A stretch of 64,000 nt of DNA from assembly GCF_016432865.1 (NCBI RefSeq), contig NC_067400.1, positions 629,362,001 to 629,426,000 of the forward strand, given 5' to 3'. Positions 34,667 through 47,314 of the stretch are shown piece by piece. Numbering within the stretch: the first letter of the stretch is position 1; every line of letters starts with the position of its first letter. The notes beneath the pieces were generated by a model. That model was given only the letters and a program-made list of their open reading frames with translations, made no database searches and was not told the DNA's origin. Source of the DNA: Antechinus flavipes. Taxonomy: Eukaryota. The translations under genes and the position numbers were made by a program.

Positions 34667-34822
34667 AGGGCACCGAGGAGTCCTCCCTGGCTAGGGCACC
34701 GAAGAGTCCTCCCTGGCTAGGGCACCGAGGAGTCCTCCCTGGCTAGGGCACGGAGGAGTCCTCCCTGGCTAGGGCACCGAGGAATCCTCCCTGGCTAGGG
34801 CACCGAGGAGTCCTCCCTGGCT
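34667..34822. repeat. Six tandem copies of 26-bp unit AGGGCACCGAGGAGTCCTCCCTGGCT
   Basis: Direct inspection. Three copies carry a single substitution. Confidence 0.95.
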
Positions 34823-36659
34823 AGGGCTAGCGCTGCAGGGGCACTTCTAGCTCGGAGCTCAGAGAAGCCTCAGGGAGGGGAGAGCGGGAGCAGAACCGTG
34901 GGTTCTGAACTCTGTCTGGCCCAGGCTGGGGGTCCGAGGTGGCCGGGCTGCAGAAAGGCGGGCCCTGGCTCCCTCGGCCGCCCCTCTCCAGGGCCCGAAC
35001 CTCCTTCGCGTGAGGTCTTTCCCGAGGGCCCCCCACCCCAGCAGCTCCTCTCCCCAAATTACCAGCACGCTTCCCCCCAGAAGGAAGCGGGCCCCTGGCA
35101 CTGCCCCCCACCCCCAGTGGGCTCTTAGTAAATGCTTGCCCGCGAAGCCCCTGCAGGTCTGACAGCCGCCCCCTGCTGCGGGGCCCGGAGACTGCGCGGC
35201 TCCCTGCTACCCTCAGCGGCAGAAAGACGAGGCTGGGGGGAGGGGGGGCAGAGGGCGCCTCCTGCAAAGGCTCTCGAGGCCCCGTGACCAGAGGTGAGAC
35301 TCAGCCTCCAGGCCGGGCTGCTTCGGCGTCCTGGGCCGGTCCACACAGCGCCCCACAACGAGGGGTTCATGGGCATGGCTGATCAGCAGAGGCAAGAGGC
35401 CCGCCTCAGTCTCCCCATTTGTAGAATGGCCCTTCAGTGCCATGGAACCAGGCCCAGGCTTCACCACCTGAAGCAGGAGGCCACAGTGGTGGGCTCTGGG
35501 CCCAGCCTCAAGCTCCGCAGCTCGAAAATGGGTTGAATGATCGAGGAAAGCGCTTGGTGAACTTCACGAGACTGCCACTAGGCAGCCAAAGGCTTCTGGA
35601 CAAAGGTCAGGGAGGGGACACAAGGACCCCGGGCACGGATCAGCATCGGGGTCGTTCCGGCCGGACCTTTCATCAGCGACCCCGAGTGGAACCGCGGCGC
35701 GCCTGTGTCCTCGCCGGGACCGGAGAGGGCGACACACTTAGAGCTGCTGGGGAGGTTCAGGATAGAGGGACTGAAAAGAGCATCGAGACGAGGTGGAGGC
35801 TGGCTAGAGAGGATCCATCATTCCTTCCTACCCAACCATAGAGAGTCCCTTGGAGGTTTGGGCTAGAGCGATCAGTCCCTGCGTGGCCGGGAGGGGCCAC
35901 GAGGATCATAGAGAACGTCCTCCCCTGCCTGCGGGCTAGAGAGCCTGCGGTATGTTGGCGGGTGAGACCCTCCCCCCATCCCCCGCCTCGCGTGGGAGGA
36001 CCGAAGGGAATCCTGCCTCCAGAGGGCACGCGCTGTTAGGGTGTAGTGGCGCCCCCTGGCGCCCTCGGCTGGATGCGGGGGCGGACGAGGGGCGGGGAAA
36101 TGCTTTACTGGATCTCGAGTGGGCCCCGCTTTCCCAGCCTCAGTCTCCCCACCAGTAAAGTGAGAGTTGGCCACCTCTAAGCACCTTCCGGCTCGCCTCT
36201 GGATGCGAAGCGGATTCTAGACTGGGGGGGGGGAACACCTGGAGCCCAATCCAGGCCTCAGTTTCCCCTTCGGTCAGACCAAGCAGTCTTCCCTTCCTCC
36301 TCCTCTGCCCCTGCCCCACTGTGGGCGTCAGTTATTGGGGGAAGGGGGAGCTCTCAGCCCAACCGCCCCCCCAGAGGCTGATCTGAAGCCCCCCATACAA
36401 GAACCTGGCGGGGCAGGGAGGGTCGGTGGGACTGCAGAACAAGGGCGTGGGGTGGGATGGTGTTAGCTGTGTGTGCGCGTGTAGGGACACGGTTAAATCA
36501 GCCTGTGGGGGTGCAGGGGCACCGGGGACCAGAGCCTCCCCGGGGGCTGCCGGAGAAGGGTGGAGATGAACATGGGGGGCGTTAGAGGAAGGAGAGCCGC
36601 CCCCCCCACACACACACGTGCAGGGTAGAGGATGGAGCTCCTGGATGGGGAAGAGGCCA

Positions 36660-36783
36660 TCGGGGTTAAGTGACTTGCCCAAGGTCACACAGCCAGGAAG
36701 TTTTAAGTGTCTGAGACCAGTTTGAACTCAGGTCCTCCCGACTTCAGGGCTGGGGCTCTACCCACCGCGCCCCCTAGCTGCCT
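36660..36783 (-). mobile_element. WSINE1-like SINE
   Basis: GGGGTTAAGTGACTTGCCCAAGGTCACACAGCCAGGAAG..TTAAGTGTCTGAG..TTTGAACTCAGGTCCTCC.GACTTCAGGGCTGG..CTAGCTGCC. Confidence 0.85.
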
Positions 36784-37199
36784 TTTTTTGGGGGGGTGGG
36801 GCCCTTTTGAGGGTGAGGGTTCTAGGGTTTGGGAAGGGGAGACACTGAGCGGGTGGGCCCAGAGATGTAGACGGCGATGAGAAGTGATTCTGAGGGGCAG
36901 AGGGAAAGGGAGAGCCAGAAGGGAAGGTCAGGACACAGAGAGGGCAAGGGGAGAGGACGGCTGAGGTTTGCGGTAAGCCCGGGGAAAGGGGAGCGATAAA
37001 GAGAAAGGGGAACCTTCGGGAGGGCACAAGCGTGGGAGGCGGGGGACGCTGGGAAATGGGCCACGGGAAAGGCAAGACCGAGCCGGGGAGAAACCCCGGG
37101 GGAGGAGCCGGGAGGGGCTGGCGAGGATGTAGAGAAGGACTGGGGGGGGGGGGGGGCCGAGGCTGGGAGCGTCCCACGGGGAGGAAGGGGGAATAGCAA

Positions 37200-37728
37200 G
37201 CCCTGGCAGATGCGGAGCCCGAGGGATGGCGGGGGCGGCGGGGGAAGGGGGGCGATCCCTCCCTAGGCCTGGTCCCCCGGGGATGGCCCCGCCCCACGCT
37301 CTCCCTTGGATTCGGTCTCATGTTTGGGGATCTCCAAGCACCCTTCGCCCCAGCGTGAAGCGGGAATCTCGGGGTTGCAGGCCAGGACCTTGCCCACACA
37401 CCCACTCCGGCTTGGTCTGGGCCGGGTTGGGGGGAAAGGGAGGGCCCGAACACGAGACGGCCCTGGCCTTTCGGGGCCTTATTTCCAGCCGGAGTCTTTT
37501 GGGGGGAGCGCGCAATGAGCGCGCGGCCTGTCCCTCTTCCCGGCCGCCGAGCTCGGAGGGGGAGGGGCCAGCCGGGGCTGGAGGGAGGGGGAGACGCGGG
37601 GAGAGCCCGAGAGGTTCCAGAGGCTCGGCTGCGCCTGTGCCAGCTTCTGCGCCTGCGCCTGGAGAGGCGGCGCGGGAGCGAGCGTGGGCGTGCACGCGCG
37701 GGTGCAAGCCCTGGGGGCGTGCGCGCGT
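37200..37728 (+). promoter_or_regulatory. ZNF580 CpG-island promoter / probable exon 1
   Basis: CpG-rich, with NRF1-like GCGCCTGCGC. Candidate donor GTGAGT at 37729-37734 and acceptors AG at 38071-72 or 38078-79. Confidence 0.55.
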
Positions 37729-38123
37729 GTGAGTGGGCGCGGTGATTGTGATCGTGACTGTGGGCGTGCACGTGGGTGGGGGGGGGAAGGGAGGGAGGAC
37801 GTGAGAAGAGAGGGTCGTGGGGGAGGGCTGGGGGTAGGGAGGGTCCGGACCCCTCTGGGAGGGGGGGCGCATTTATAAAGCACCTACTGGGTGCTGGTAT
37901 ATTGTGTCGCTGGATGGAGATTCCCCTCCGAAGGGCGGTCCCCGAGGTGGGGAGACGGGGGAGAGGAGGAGATTCTCAGCCCAAGAACCAGGGGTGGGGA
38001 GTGCCTCGGGAAGGCCCAGCCGGCAGGGAGCGTTTCGGGGTGGCAGCCTGAGATTCTCCCCCTTTCCTCCAGTCCGCAGCCGCACCTCCCGGCCTCTGCC
38101 TGTGAACCTCCTCCAGGGACACC

Positions 38124-38594
38124 ATGGATCCCTGCCCGCCTCGGGCACCGGCCTCCCCCGAGGGGCGCCCGGGCTCCCCCGAATCCCTGGCCCCCCAGCC
38201 TCCCCCAAAGCTAGGCCGCCACTTGCTGATTGACGGGAACGGTGTCCCCTATATGTATACGGTTCGTCTGGATGAGGAGCGGCCACGCAGGGAGCTGGAG
38301 GCCCCCCAGGGGGAGGCCGCGGGGGGCAGGGGCACCCCAGCCCAGGGTTACAGCTGCCCAGAATGCTTCCAGGTCTTTAAGAGCCCCCTTTACTTGAAGC
38401 GCCATGGGATCTCGCACTCGGACCTCCGGCCCTATGTCTGTGGCGTCTGCGCCAAGACCTTCAAGAGGTCCAGCAGCCTGTGCCAGCACCGCCTCACCCA
38501 CCGTGCCAGGGGCGGCCGTGCCCACGCCTGCCCCCTCTGCCCACGCCGCTTTCTGGACGCCGGAGAGCTGGCTCAGCACATCCGCGGACACTGA
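38124..38594 (+). CDS. ZNF580: Zinc finger protein 580 (3 C2H2 fingers), 156 aa
   Basis: CACCATGG start. LGRHLLIDGNGVPYMYTV, GYSCPEC...[30 protein letters not shown] all match human ZNF580 as recalled. AATAAA at 38896-38901. Confidence 0.92.
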   Translation: MDPCPPRAPASPEGRPGSPESLAPQPPPKLGRHLLIDGNGVPYMYTVRLDEERPRRELEAPQGEAAGGRGTPAQGYSCPECFQVFKSPLYLKRHGISHSDLRPYVCGVCAKTFKRSSSLCQHRLTHRARGGRAHACPLCPRRFLDAGELAQHIRGH

Positions 38595-39589
38595 AGCAGA
38601 GGCCCCATCCCCTCCGGCCCACGGAGACGGACAGAGGGGGCTCCTGGGCGGCCTCCGGCCCCGCCTCCGAGCCTCCACCCGGCTGGGCCTCGGCCTGAGA
38701 CTCTGGACAAATCAGTGTCTGCCTGGGGGCCGCAGTTCTGGGGGTGCCTGACTCCAGACCTCCGCTGGCCCCAGGACCATGAAGGGCAAGTGACAGACAG
38801 AGGTACCTTGGAAGGACAGACTGAGGGGATGGAGCTCCTTGTTTCCAGGCCTCGTGCCCCCGGGTCCCCGCTGCGCCTGCGCAGTGCAGGGGCTGAATAA
38901 AGACTTGTTGAATTGACTGTGACTCCTTCCTGGGACTGGGTCTCCCAAGGGTTCTTGGGATGTGAGCCAGGCAGCTGGCTTCTAAATGATCTCTGGAGAG
39001 TCATCTCCCTCCCTCCCTCCTTCCCCCCTGCCCTGGGCCTTGGAAAATAAAGGAATTGGAGTAGGGGAGCCTAAGGGTACCCCGCTAGTCCGGGCGTGTC
39101 TGGGTCTCAGTTCCCTCTTCAGCAAAATAGAGGCCTTGGACTTCACAAGATGTTCCCCCAGGGTCCTTGTATCAGGATGCCCCCTCCCCCGTTCTTGGTC
39201 TTCAGTCCTGCTGAGCCCAGAGCCCCCTGCTCTTGCCTCCCGTTGCATTCTGCACCTTTTCGACCCAGTGCCTCCATCTGCCCTCGAACCCCTTGCCTGC
39301 TGTCTAACGGCTTCCGTGACTCCTCAGGCCCCAAGCCGGGTCCCCTGCGGGGGAATGTGGCTCGGAAACCCCTCTCAGGCAGGACGGGTCTCACTTGTGC
39401 CCCTATGCCCAGCCCCAGCACAGGGCTCCGGATGCACTTAACCACAGGAGATGTTCCAGGATAAATTCATATGCCGGCTCGTCACTGCGGCCTAGCAACC
39501 CTACGCTTCTTCCCCAGTGGGGGTTCCCACGAGAGCTGTCTCTAAAGCTCTCCTCCTTTTCCTCATTCTGTGCCTCAGAGTCCTACAGC

Positions 39590-39985
39590 TCAGCTCCTTC
39601 TATTTTTTTCCCCAAGAAACAAACTTTTTTTAAATTTTTGAAGCTTTTTATTTTCACACCATATGCACAGATCATTTGACAACACTGACCCTTGCAGAGC
39701 TTGTGTTTCAGATTTCTCCCTCCTTCCCCCCACCCCCCTCCCCTAGATGGCAAGCAATCCAATATGTTAAACATGTCCAAACAGATATTAAATCCAACGT
39801 GTGTAAACATTTGTGCGATCCTCTGGCTGCACGAGAAAAATCAGATCAAAAGAAGAAAGCAAATGAGGAAGAAAACAAAATGTAAGCGAACAACAAAAGG
39901 AGTGAGAGTGTTTTGATCCACACTCCCCCAGTTCCCAGAACTCTCTCTGGGTGTAGATGGCTCTCTTCATCACAAGAACATCCTA
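39590..39985 (-). mobile_element. L1 3' end remnant
   Basis: Reverse marsupial L1 3'UTR (CCCTCCTTCCCCCCACCCCCTCCCCTAGATGGCAAGCAATCC). Confidence 0.75.
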
Positions 39986-40599
39986 GCTTCTTAAACTAGA
40001 TCGGACCCAACGTGGAAAGTTGCAGAATTCTGCTTTATTATCAGTAAATGTTTGATTGTCTGCTTAGCTTATTTTCCTATCTGCCCAGAACTGTGTAAAA
40101 ATGTCTTGAACGAAAAGGGATTTCGAGCGGAAAAAAGCCCTGCCCTACATCTAGCTCCTTTGTCTCTCGTCCGGGGTACAGGCCACAGGCTCTCCCTCCC
40201 TTCTCTGGGGGCTTGTCGGTTCGGTTATCCCCTCTCGCTATCTACCTGTCTCCTTTCGGGCTACCTCCAAACATGCCCAGGGCTCCCCATCCTTAAAAAC
40301 CTGCACTTGATCTCACGTCCCTCTCTAATGATCGAAAGGAATCATCTGCTTAGTCTCAGATGCTGTGCCAAGGGATGGGGATGCTCCCAGCTCCCAAAGA
40401 AATTCTGACTTTCGAGGAACTTCCCTCTGATCCAGGTTGTCATTTTTGACTCATCACACCTCCTAAATGCTGTAGCTGTTATGTAACAACATCCCAGGAT
40501 CCTGTTCCCTTCTCTACTCACCTTCACCTTCGAGCCCTTATCCCCTTTTCCCTCTCGTATTGCTTCCAGTCTCCCCCTCTCCAGCACGTCGTCCGATGG

Positions 40600-41300
40600 A
40601 TCCATGACCTAGTCCGAGTGGATGTTCCCTGCAGTAATGTTGCCCCTTACTCGTCTAAGCCTGCCCTCCCTCTGGAGCTCTTTTGCCCACATCCTTCCTC
40701 AATATCATGGCAAGGGGGCACCAAATTTACTGGATAAGTTGTCTTTACTTCCTCTTGTTATCTCGAGATCAGAGGAACATCTGTTCAATTTGTTGGTCTT
40801 CCCCTCTTGCCAAATGACCAACTCATGGTCTTTTCTTATCCTGAGATCTTCACCGAGGTTCCTCATTTGTCACATGTTGCAGCCCACTCCGTCCAATATG
40901 TACGTCTCCATTGCTTTCCGCGGGATACTCATTAATTTGGGGGAGACTTTCCATGACTTGCCCAGCTACACAACAACAGAGATGGAATAATGCTCTTCTA
41001 AGAATGACCGTCAGAGATAGAGCAAGGGTGGTCTTTTGCTTTAGGGAACCATTTTCTGGTCATTCCGGGGCCTTTTCAGTTTCCTGGCTATGATTCAACA
41101 TGCTCTATTCATCTCGTGTGCTTCTGGCCCCAATTTACTGTGTATATGTATGTGGGGAGGGATGAACTCAAGAGAGCTTTCTTCGAACTCCGCTGAAATT
41201 CGACGTTTCCCAAGAAGCTGTTCGCCATCCCACTGAGTTCAAGAAACTTCTTCAAGATGATGTCCAATTTATCTTGGACATGGTTGTTTGCATGTTCTCT
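40600..41300 (-). mobile_element. RTE LINE remnant (RT C-terminal region)
   Basis: Reverse text resembles RTE motifs YVYLG..ELGPE, RAMET and ELRRR..KD. Confidence 0.6.
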
Positions 41301-42109
41301 CCCTCATTAGATTTTGAGTTACTTGAGAGACAGAAACAGTCTTTTCCCCTTCTTTGTGTCTTCAGTAGTTAATGCATACAGTAGGCACTTACTAGATGGA
41401 CCATGGATAGAGTGCCAGGCCTGGGTCAGGAAAACTCATCTTCCTCCAGTAAAATCTAACCTCCGACATATAACAGTTGTGGGATCCTGGGCAATTCACT
41501 TCACTTTTTGCCAAGAAAACCTCAAATGGGATTGGAGAGAGTCGCTGTTGCAACAGCGACAGTGCTTGTTGACTGACCCTCCACAAGCATTTCCCAATCT
41601 GCAGCCAGCTGGCTTTGTCCACTGGGTCAAACTCTTATTTAAAGGTTGTGGATGGCACCCAGCAAACTGACCTTCCAGGGCCCGGTGCAACCTCCACGAC
41701 ATAAGTTGTCAACAGGAAAATCTGGAGAGCTTCACTGTCCCCAGGGAGTGCCCTCCCTTTCTTGAGTTTAATCACCAAGCATCCAGACCCATTTGAACTC
41801 CAGACGTGTTCCCCTAAAAAAGTATTTTATGGAGACGGGCCCACATCAGAAAAGATGCTCAGCTCTCTGAATAGCCGTAGCCTAAAAGATCCACGAGACT
41901 CGCCAGTATAGAGACACTGCCTCTCCAAATGCTCTCACAGGCTAAATGTGTCCAGACAAGTTCCTGCTGGTCTAATCAGCCACAGCTGGATCTTGACTCC
42001 AATATAATGTTGTCATTTTGGTCCTCTGGGAGGTCAAAGGATAACAGTCACCACCTGGTTTTTAGTCTCTTAATATTTCTAATTTGGGCCTTACTGAGTT
42101 CAAAGCTCG

Positions 42110-42450
42110 TTTAATTTTTTCCAAGTCCTTAACTAATTAAAAAAAAGTAAATGTATTTATTTATGTCAAATTTAAATACAAAATAGAAAAAGAAAAAAAA
42201 ACTTTGTCACGTGCACAGCGGAACATCAGAGAGGATTCAAAATATGAAACAACACATTTTCATTTTAAGAAAGCCTATATAATAAATACTACACATGGTG
42301 TTCAGAGCTGTTCATCTTTCTTTTTTTTCCTTGTAGGCTTTCTTTTGTTCTCTGCTAAGAACTTTTTACTTTCTTTATTCTTTTCCCCCCTTTTCCCCCT
42401 CTCTACCTCCCCCAAGAAGGCTACAAGTATTAAGCATGGGTATGTTTATA

Positions 42451-42508
<58 letters not shown>

Positions 42509-44740
42509 TATATATACATATGTACATAGACACACACATATACATAGATATCTATAATCATATACATATACTTCCATATACATCCATGTAAGGCAGTATT
42601 ATACTTCTTTGTCCTCTGTTTCTCTGAAGGTGGATAACATCGTCCTTCATAAATCCAAGTCTTTCAAAATTTTTCGAAATCCACCAACTCATTAATACAC
42701 GGCAATATTTCAACCTTATACTATCTAGTTATTTTAAACAGTTTAAAACAATACCGATTAGTATAATGCCTGCTATATAGTGTACTTTCCCTATTTCTCT
42801 CTTTTGATTGAATCTATTTAGTTTTAACCTTGTCTTAGATCAACCATTACTACCCCTGCTTTTTTTCCCTAATAAATTCTACTCCTGATCAACTCCTGAT
42901 TTTGTGTTTATTTTCTATCCCTGCTGACTCCTCTGCTTACTTCTACTCACTACCTGGCCTAGCTATTACTTAATCTATCCCTTTTAAGGATCCCTCCCTT
43001 ATCCTTTCCCACCAGCCCCTCTTTATCCATTCCATTAACCTGCACACTCTTCTGTACATTATCTTATGCTATTATGTCCTTATTTCTTTATGAATTTAGA
43101 AGATGTTTGTACCCTTCTAGATTGTATGTGCACACACACACACGCACACACATATAATACTTTGTCCTTATTGGGTCTCTTGAAATTTGTCTTTAATGTT
43201 TATCTTAAATTTCTCTTGGAGCTTATAGGTCAAATTTTCTATTAAGTTGAAGTCTTTTTGCAACAAAATCCTCAAAGTCTAGCAATTCATTGAATAATAT
43301 CTTTTTTTAAAAAATTCAGCATTATCTTAACTTTACTGGATAAAATGTTTTCAGACACAACCCTAATTCTTCTTCTTCTTTTTTTTTTTTTCCAATAAAG
43401 GTTCCAAGACCTGCAACCTTTTAACGTAGTCACTGCCAGGTCTTGTGTGAGTCCACTATATTTGAACTGCTTTTTTTCTTTTGGTGGCTTGTAATATTTT
43501 CTCCTTGATGTGAGGGTTTCACAATGTGGCTATGATGTTCCTGTAGGATTTCCTCATAGTCGTGATGGATGGATTTTTTTTTTTTTAAAATTTCTCCTTT
43601 CCCTACTGTTCTTACACTTCAGGACAATTTTATTTAATTTTTTCTTGTAGTATTTTTATGAAGATTCTTTTTTTGATAGTAGCTTTTAAGTAGTTTGATT
43701 ATTCTTATGTTTTCTCTTCATGATCTGCTCACTGTTCTTCAGAGCAATTATTTTTCTTATGAGATCTCACATTCTCTTGTTTTTTTCATTCTTTATATGT
43801 TGTTTTATTATTTCCTGATCTCTTATAACTTCACTGGCTTTCTCTTGCCTTATTCTAATTTTCAAGAAGTCATTTTTTTCCTTAAGATTCTGGTTCTCCT
43901 CTTCTAGTTGGTTGACTTTCTTTTCAAAATCTGTTTTTTTCTTGGATTGTTCTCTTCTTTCTTTTTTTAGTCCCCCCCGCCCAATCTCTCTCATTTGATT
44001 TTTAAAATCTTTTTTGTGTTCTTCTATAAATTCTTTTTGGGCAGATAATTATTTAACATTACTCCTTGGGATAGGAGAAGCTTTTTTATTTCAGTATCCT
44101 CTTCTGAAGATAAACTCTAATCTTCCACGGTAACTTTCTATGATTGGGTTCGTTCTTCTTTGGCAGTTTTTTTTTTTTTTTTGATGTAATCACTCTAGTA
44201 CTCGGGGATGGGGGATGGTGCCTCTGGCTTCAGATCTCCCTCAGTTCTCCCCTCTGTTCTGGAACCCCAAACCAAGATCACCTTTCCGTAATTGCTCACA
44301 GCCTGGAGCATTCCTGCTGCGGCTGCTTCTGCACTTACCAGGTTGTGCAGCTTCCTTCCTGTCCGGGGCTGCTTGACATTGCTGCTGGGCCTGATCTTAT
44401 CAGGAGAAGTTCCCTCCATCCTCCCTGACTGAGGCATCAGACTCCTCTCACTGTCTGGAAGAGGAAATTTTCTGTGGCTGAGGGAAGGGCTGCCTCCCAA
44501 CCCAGCTAGCCCCGAGGCTCACTGCCTGCTCATTCAACGGCTGTTTATACTTGTCACAGGCCAAATATCTGTCCTGCTAGCTTCAAATCATCTCTGTCTC
44601 AAGAGACCTCAGTTCTACCCTAACTTATATTTGCCCTGAAGCATTATTTTGTCTTGTTTCTAGGGGAAATCTAGAGAGTTGGAGTTTTCTGATCTACTCT
44701 ATCATCTACTCAGAATTCTCTCTCAAAAACTCATTTTCTA
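42110..44740 (-). mobile_element. Degraded L1 with ORF1 and 5' region, interrupted by (TA)n/(CA)n
   Basis: Reverse ORF 43767-43994 (EKKVNQLEEENQNLKEKNDFLKIRIRQ...QEIIKQ...KNEK) is the marsupial L1 ORF1p coiled coil. Confidence 0.75.
42446..42545. repeat. (TA)n(CA)n microsatellite
   Basis: Direct inspection. Confidence 0.9.
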
Positions 44741-44827
44741 TGACTATGATTCTCCTTAGCAGTGTGGAGCAGAGCCAGGAGCAACAGTGCCTTTTTATTT
44801 TTTTCTTTTTAAAAATATTCATGACAA

Positions 44828-45216
44828 GTATATATACTTTTTATATATTATATGTATATATAATATAACATACTATATATATGTTGCAATTCTTTGTCCT
44901 CTTTAATTCATTATTCTTGATAATTTTTTCTACCATTCTCACTTATCCCCACCCTTTCACTGAAGTCACTATGTATCAGTATATATACTTTTTATATAAT
45001 GTTGCAATTTTTTGTCCTCTTTAATTCACTATTCTTGATAATTTTTTCTACCATTCTCACTTATCCCCACCCTTTCACTGAAGTCACTATGTATCAGTAT
45101 ATATACTTTTTATACAATGTTGCAATTCTTTGTCCTCTTTAATTCACTATTCATGATAATTTTTCTACCATTCTCACTTATCCCCACCCTTTCACTGACG
45201 ACATTATGTATCAGAA
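44828..45216. repeat. Three tandem copies of ~118-bp unit
   Basis: GTATATATACTTTTTATA starts at ~44828, 44979 and 45097. The shared body is TGTTGCAATT.TTTGTCCTCTTTAATTCA...CCCCACCCTTTCACTGA. Confidence 0.9.
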
Positions 45217-45739
45217 TAGGTTGCTTTAAATGGAAAGGTCTTATTGAATTCTTCAGAGAATATCCATACCTTCCCAACTTCTGTATCAGATGTTAGGTGC
45301 TGAAGTGGAAATTATTTTTTCCTGGTCTTTTAGTGCAGTGTATGCTCTAAGATGACCATCTCATCTACATTGATGAGTTGGGTGCTCAGAACACAACTTC
45401 TATGATACTCAGAGTTCTAGGGAAAGTCGTGATTTTCTATTCCAATAGGTAATGAGCCCCCACTAGTGTGCTTCCCCACAAGATTAGCGTTTGAGAAACA
45501 CTCAAGTCAACAAGCCTTCAGTAGCTTTTAGAAAGGGTTATGAATGATGGTAATATATTCAAAACAATTGGTACAAAAATCCATCCCCCCCAAAATGGGT
45601 GACATCTTTTCTACAAGTACAACCAGAGACCAAGGGGAAGCATGCTCAAACTTAGAAAGCATATAAAGCAAAGAGGTTACTCACAACTCTTGGGTGTTGA
45701 AACTTTTTTAGGATTCTGGTATTTACTCCATTTCCATTT

Positions 45740-47280
45740 TATGAGAGAGTTTATCCCCTTCACATTCCACAGTTATGATTATAACTTTGTATTTCCCTCC
45801 ATCCTAGTTTTCTACCCTGTATATAATTTTGTTCTTCTTTTCACCCTATCCCTCCTTAGAAGTATTTTGTTTCTGACCCTCTTCTTCTATCATCCCTCCT
45901 CTCTTTTCTTAAACCTTTCTGCTAGTGTTTCTGCCATCTTCTATCCAGCCCTCCCTCCTTTTCTTTCCCTTTTTGCCTCCTATTTCCTTGTAAGATAAAT
46001 TTGTATACCCAACTAAGTGAATATGTTATTTCTTTATTGAGCCAAAACTGATGAGATCAGACTTCAGGCAATGCTCACCTCCTTTTTTCCCTCTTTATTG
46101 TAACAAGTCTTTTGTACTTCTTCATGTGATCTAATTGATCTATGTATGTCTATGTCTAAATGATCTGCTATGTACGCCCCCTCTAACTGCCCTCATAAAA
46201 GATACATAATTCTCAAGAGTTACAAGTGTTATTTTCCCTATAAACAGTTTAGCCTTTAAATAATATATTTTTTTCCCATTTACCTTTCAATGCTTTTGTG
46301 TCCTGGGTTTGAATTGTTCTTATTTTCTAGCAGCTTGCAGTATTTTTTCTTTGAGATCATAGTTCTGAAGTTTTGCAGCAATGTTTCTTGAAGTTTTCCT
46401 TGTGGGACCTCTTTCTGGAGGTGATTAATAGATTCTTTCAATGACTATTTTGCCCTCTTGTTCTAGTATATTGGGGTAGTTTTCTTTGATGATCTGTTGA
46501 AGAATGATATGCAGGCTCTTTCCTTTCTTTTTTTCTTTCTTTCTTATCTTTTTTATTTTTAGTCAGGAAGACCAATAATTTTTAAGTTGTCTCTTTTGAA
46601 TCTATTTTCTAGGTCAGCTGTTTTTCCAATGAGGCATTTTACATTTTCTTCCATTTTTTCTATTCTTGTTAGTTTGACTGATTCTTGATGTCTTATAGAG
46701 TCATTAGCTTCCATTTACCCAGTTCTAGTTTTTATTTTATGATTTTCTTCAGTTAGCTTTTGTATCTCTTTTCCCACTTGATTAATTCTACTTTTCAAGG
46801 TGTTGTTTTCTCCAGTGAATTTTTTTTTTTTTTACATTTGGCCAATTGTGTTTTTTAAGAAATTGATTTTTGCATTTGGTCAGTTGTATTATTATTATTA
46901 TTTTTTTGCTGAGGAAATTAGGGTTAAGTGACTTGCCCAAGGTCACACAGCTAGGAAGTATTAAGTGTCTGAGATCAGATTTGAATTCAGATCCTGCTGA
47001 CTTCAGGATTGGCGCTGTCAATTGTATTTTTTAAGGAATTGTTTTCTTCAGTCATTTTTTGATCTCTTGATTCTCTCTTGCATACCTCTCATTTCTTTCC
47101 CCAATTTTTTATTCTCCCTCTCTTATTTGCCTTTTAAAATCCTTTATGAACACTTCCAAGAAGCCTCTTTGGTCTTGATACCAATTCAACCCTTTTCTGG
47201 GTTGGTGTTTTGGTCTTCCCTGTCACCACAGTAGCTTTCTGTGACTAAAATTCTTTTCTGTTTCTTGCTCGTTTTCTTCA
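45740..47280 (-). mobile_element. Degraded L1 ORF1 region with nested WSINE1
   Basis: Reverse L1 ORF1-type text (GTCATTAGCTTCCATTT.CCCAGTTCTAGTTTTT; GATCTATTTTCTAGGTCAG). Confidence 0.65.
46904..47020 (-). mobile_element. WSINE1-like SINE
   Basis: TTTTTGCTGAGGAAATTAGGGTTAAGTGACTTGCCCAAGGTCACACAGCTAGGAAGTATTAAGTGTCTGAG. Confidence 0.85.
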
Positions 47281-47314
47281 CCCCAGTGAGACTGACTTCA
47301 AGAAAAGTCTTTCC

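Noticed and set aside
34667-34822. CRISPR-like appearance of the palindromic 26-bp repeats
   Set aside because: The units are contiguous with no unique spacers, no cas genes are present and the context is mammalian.
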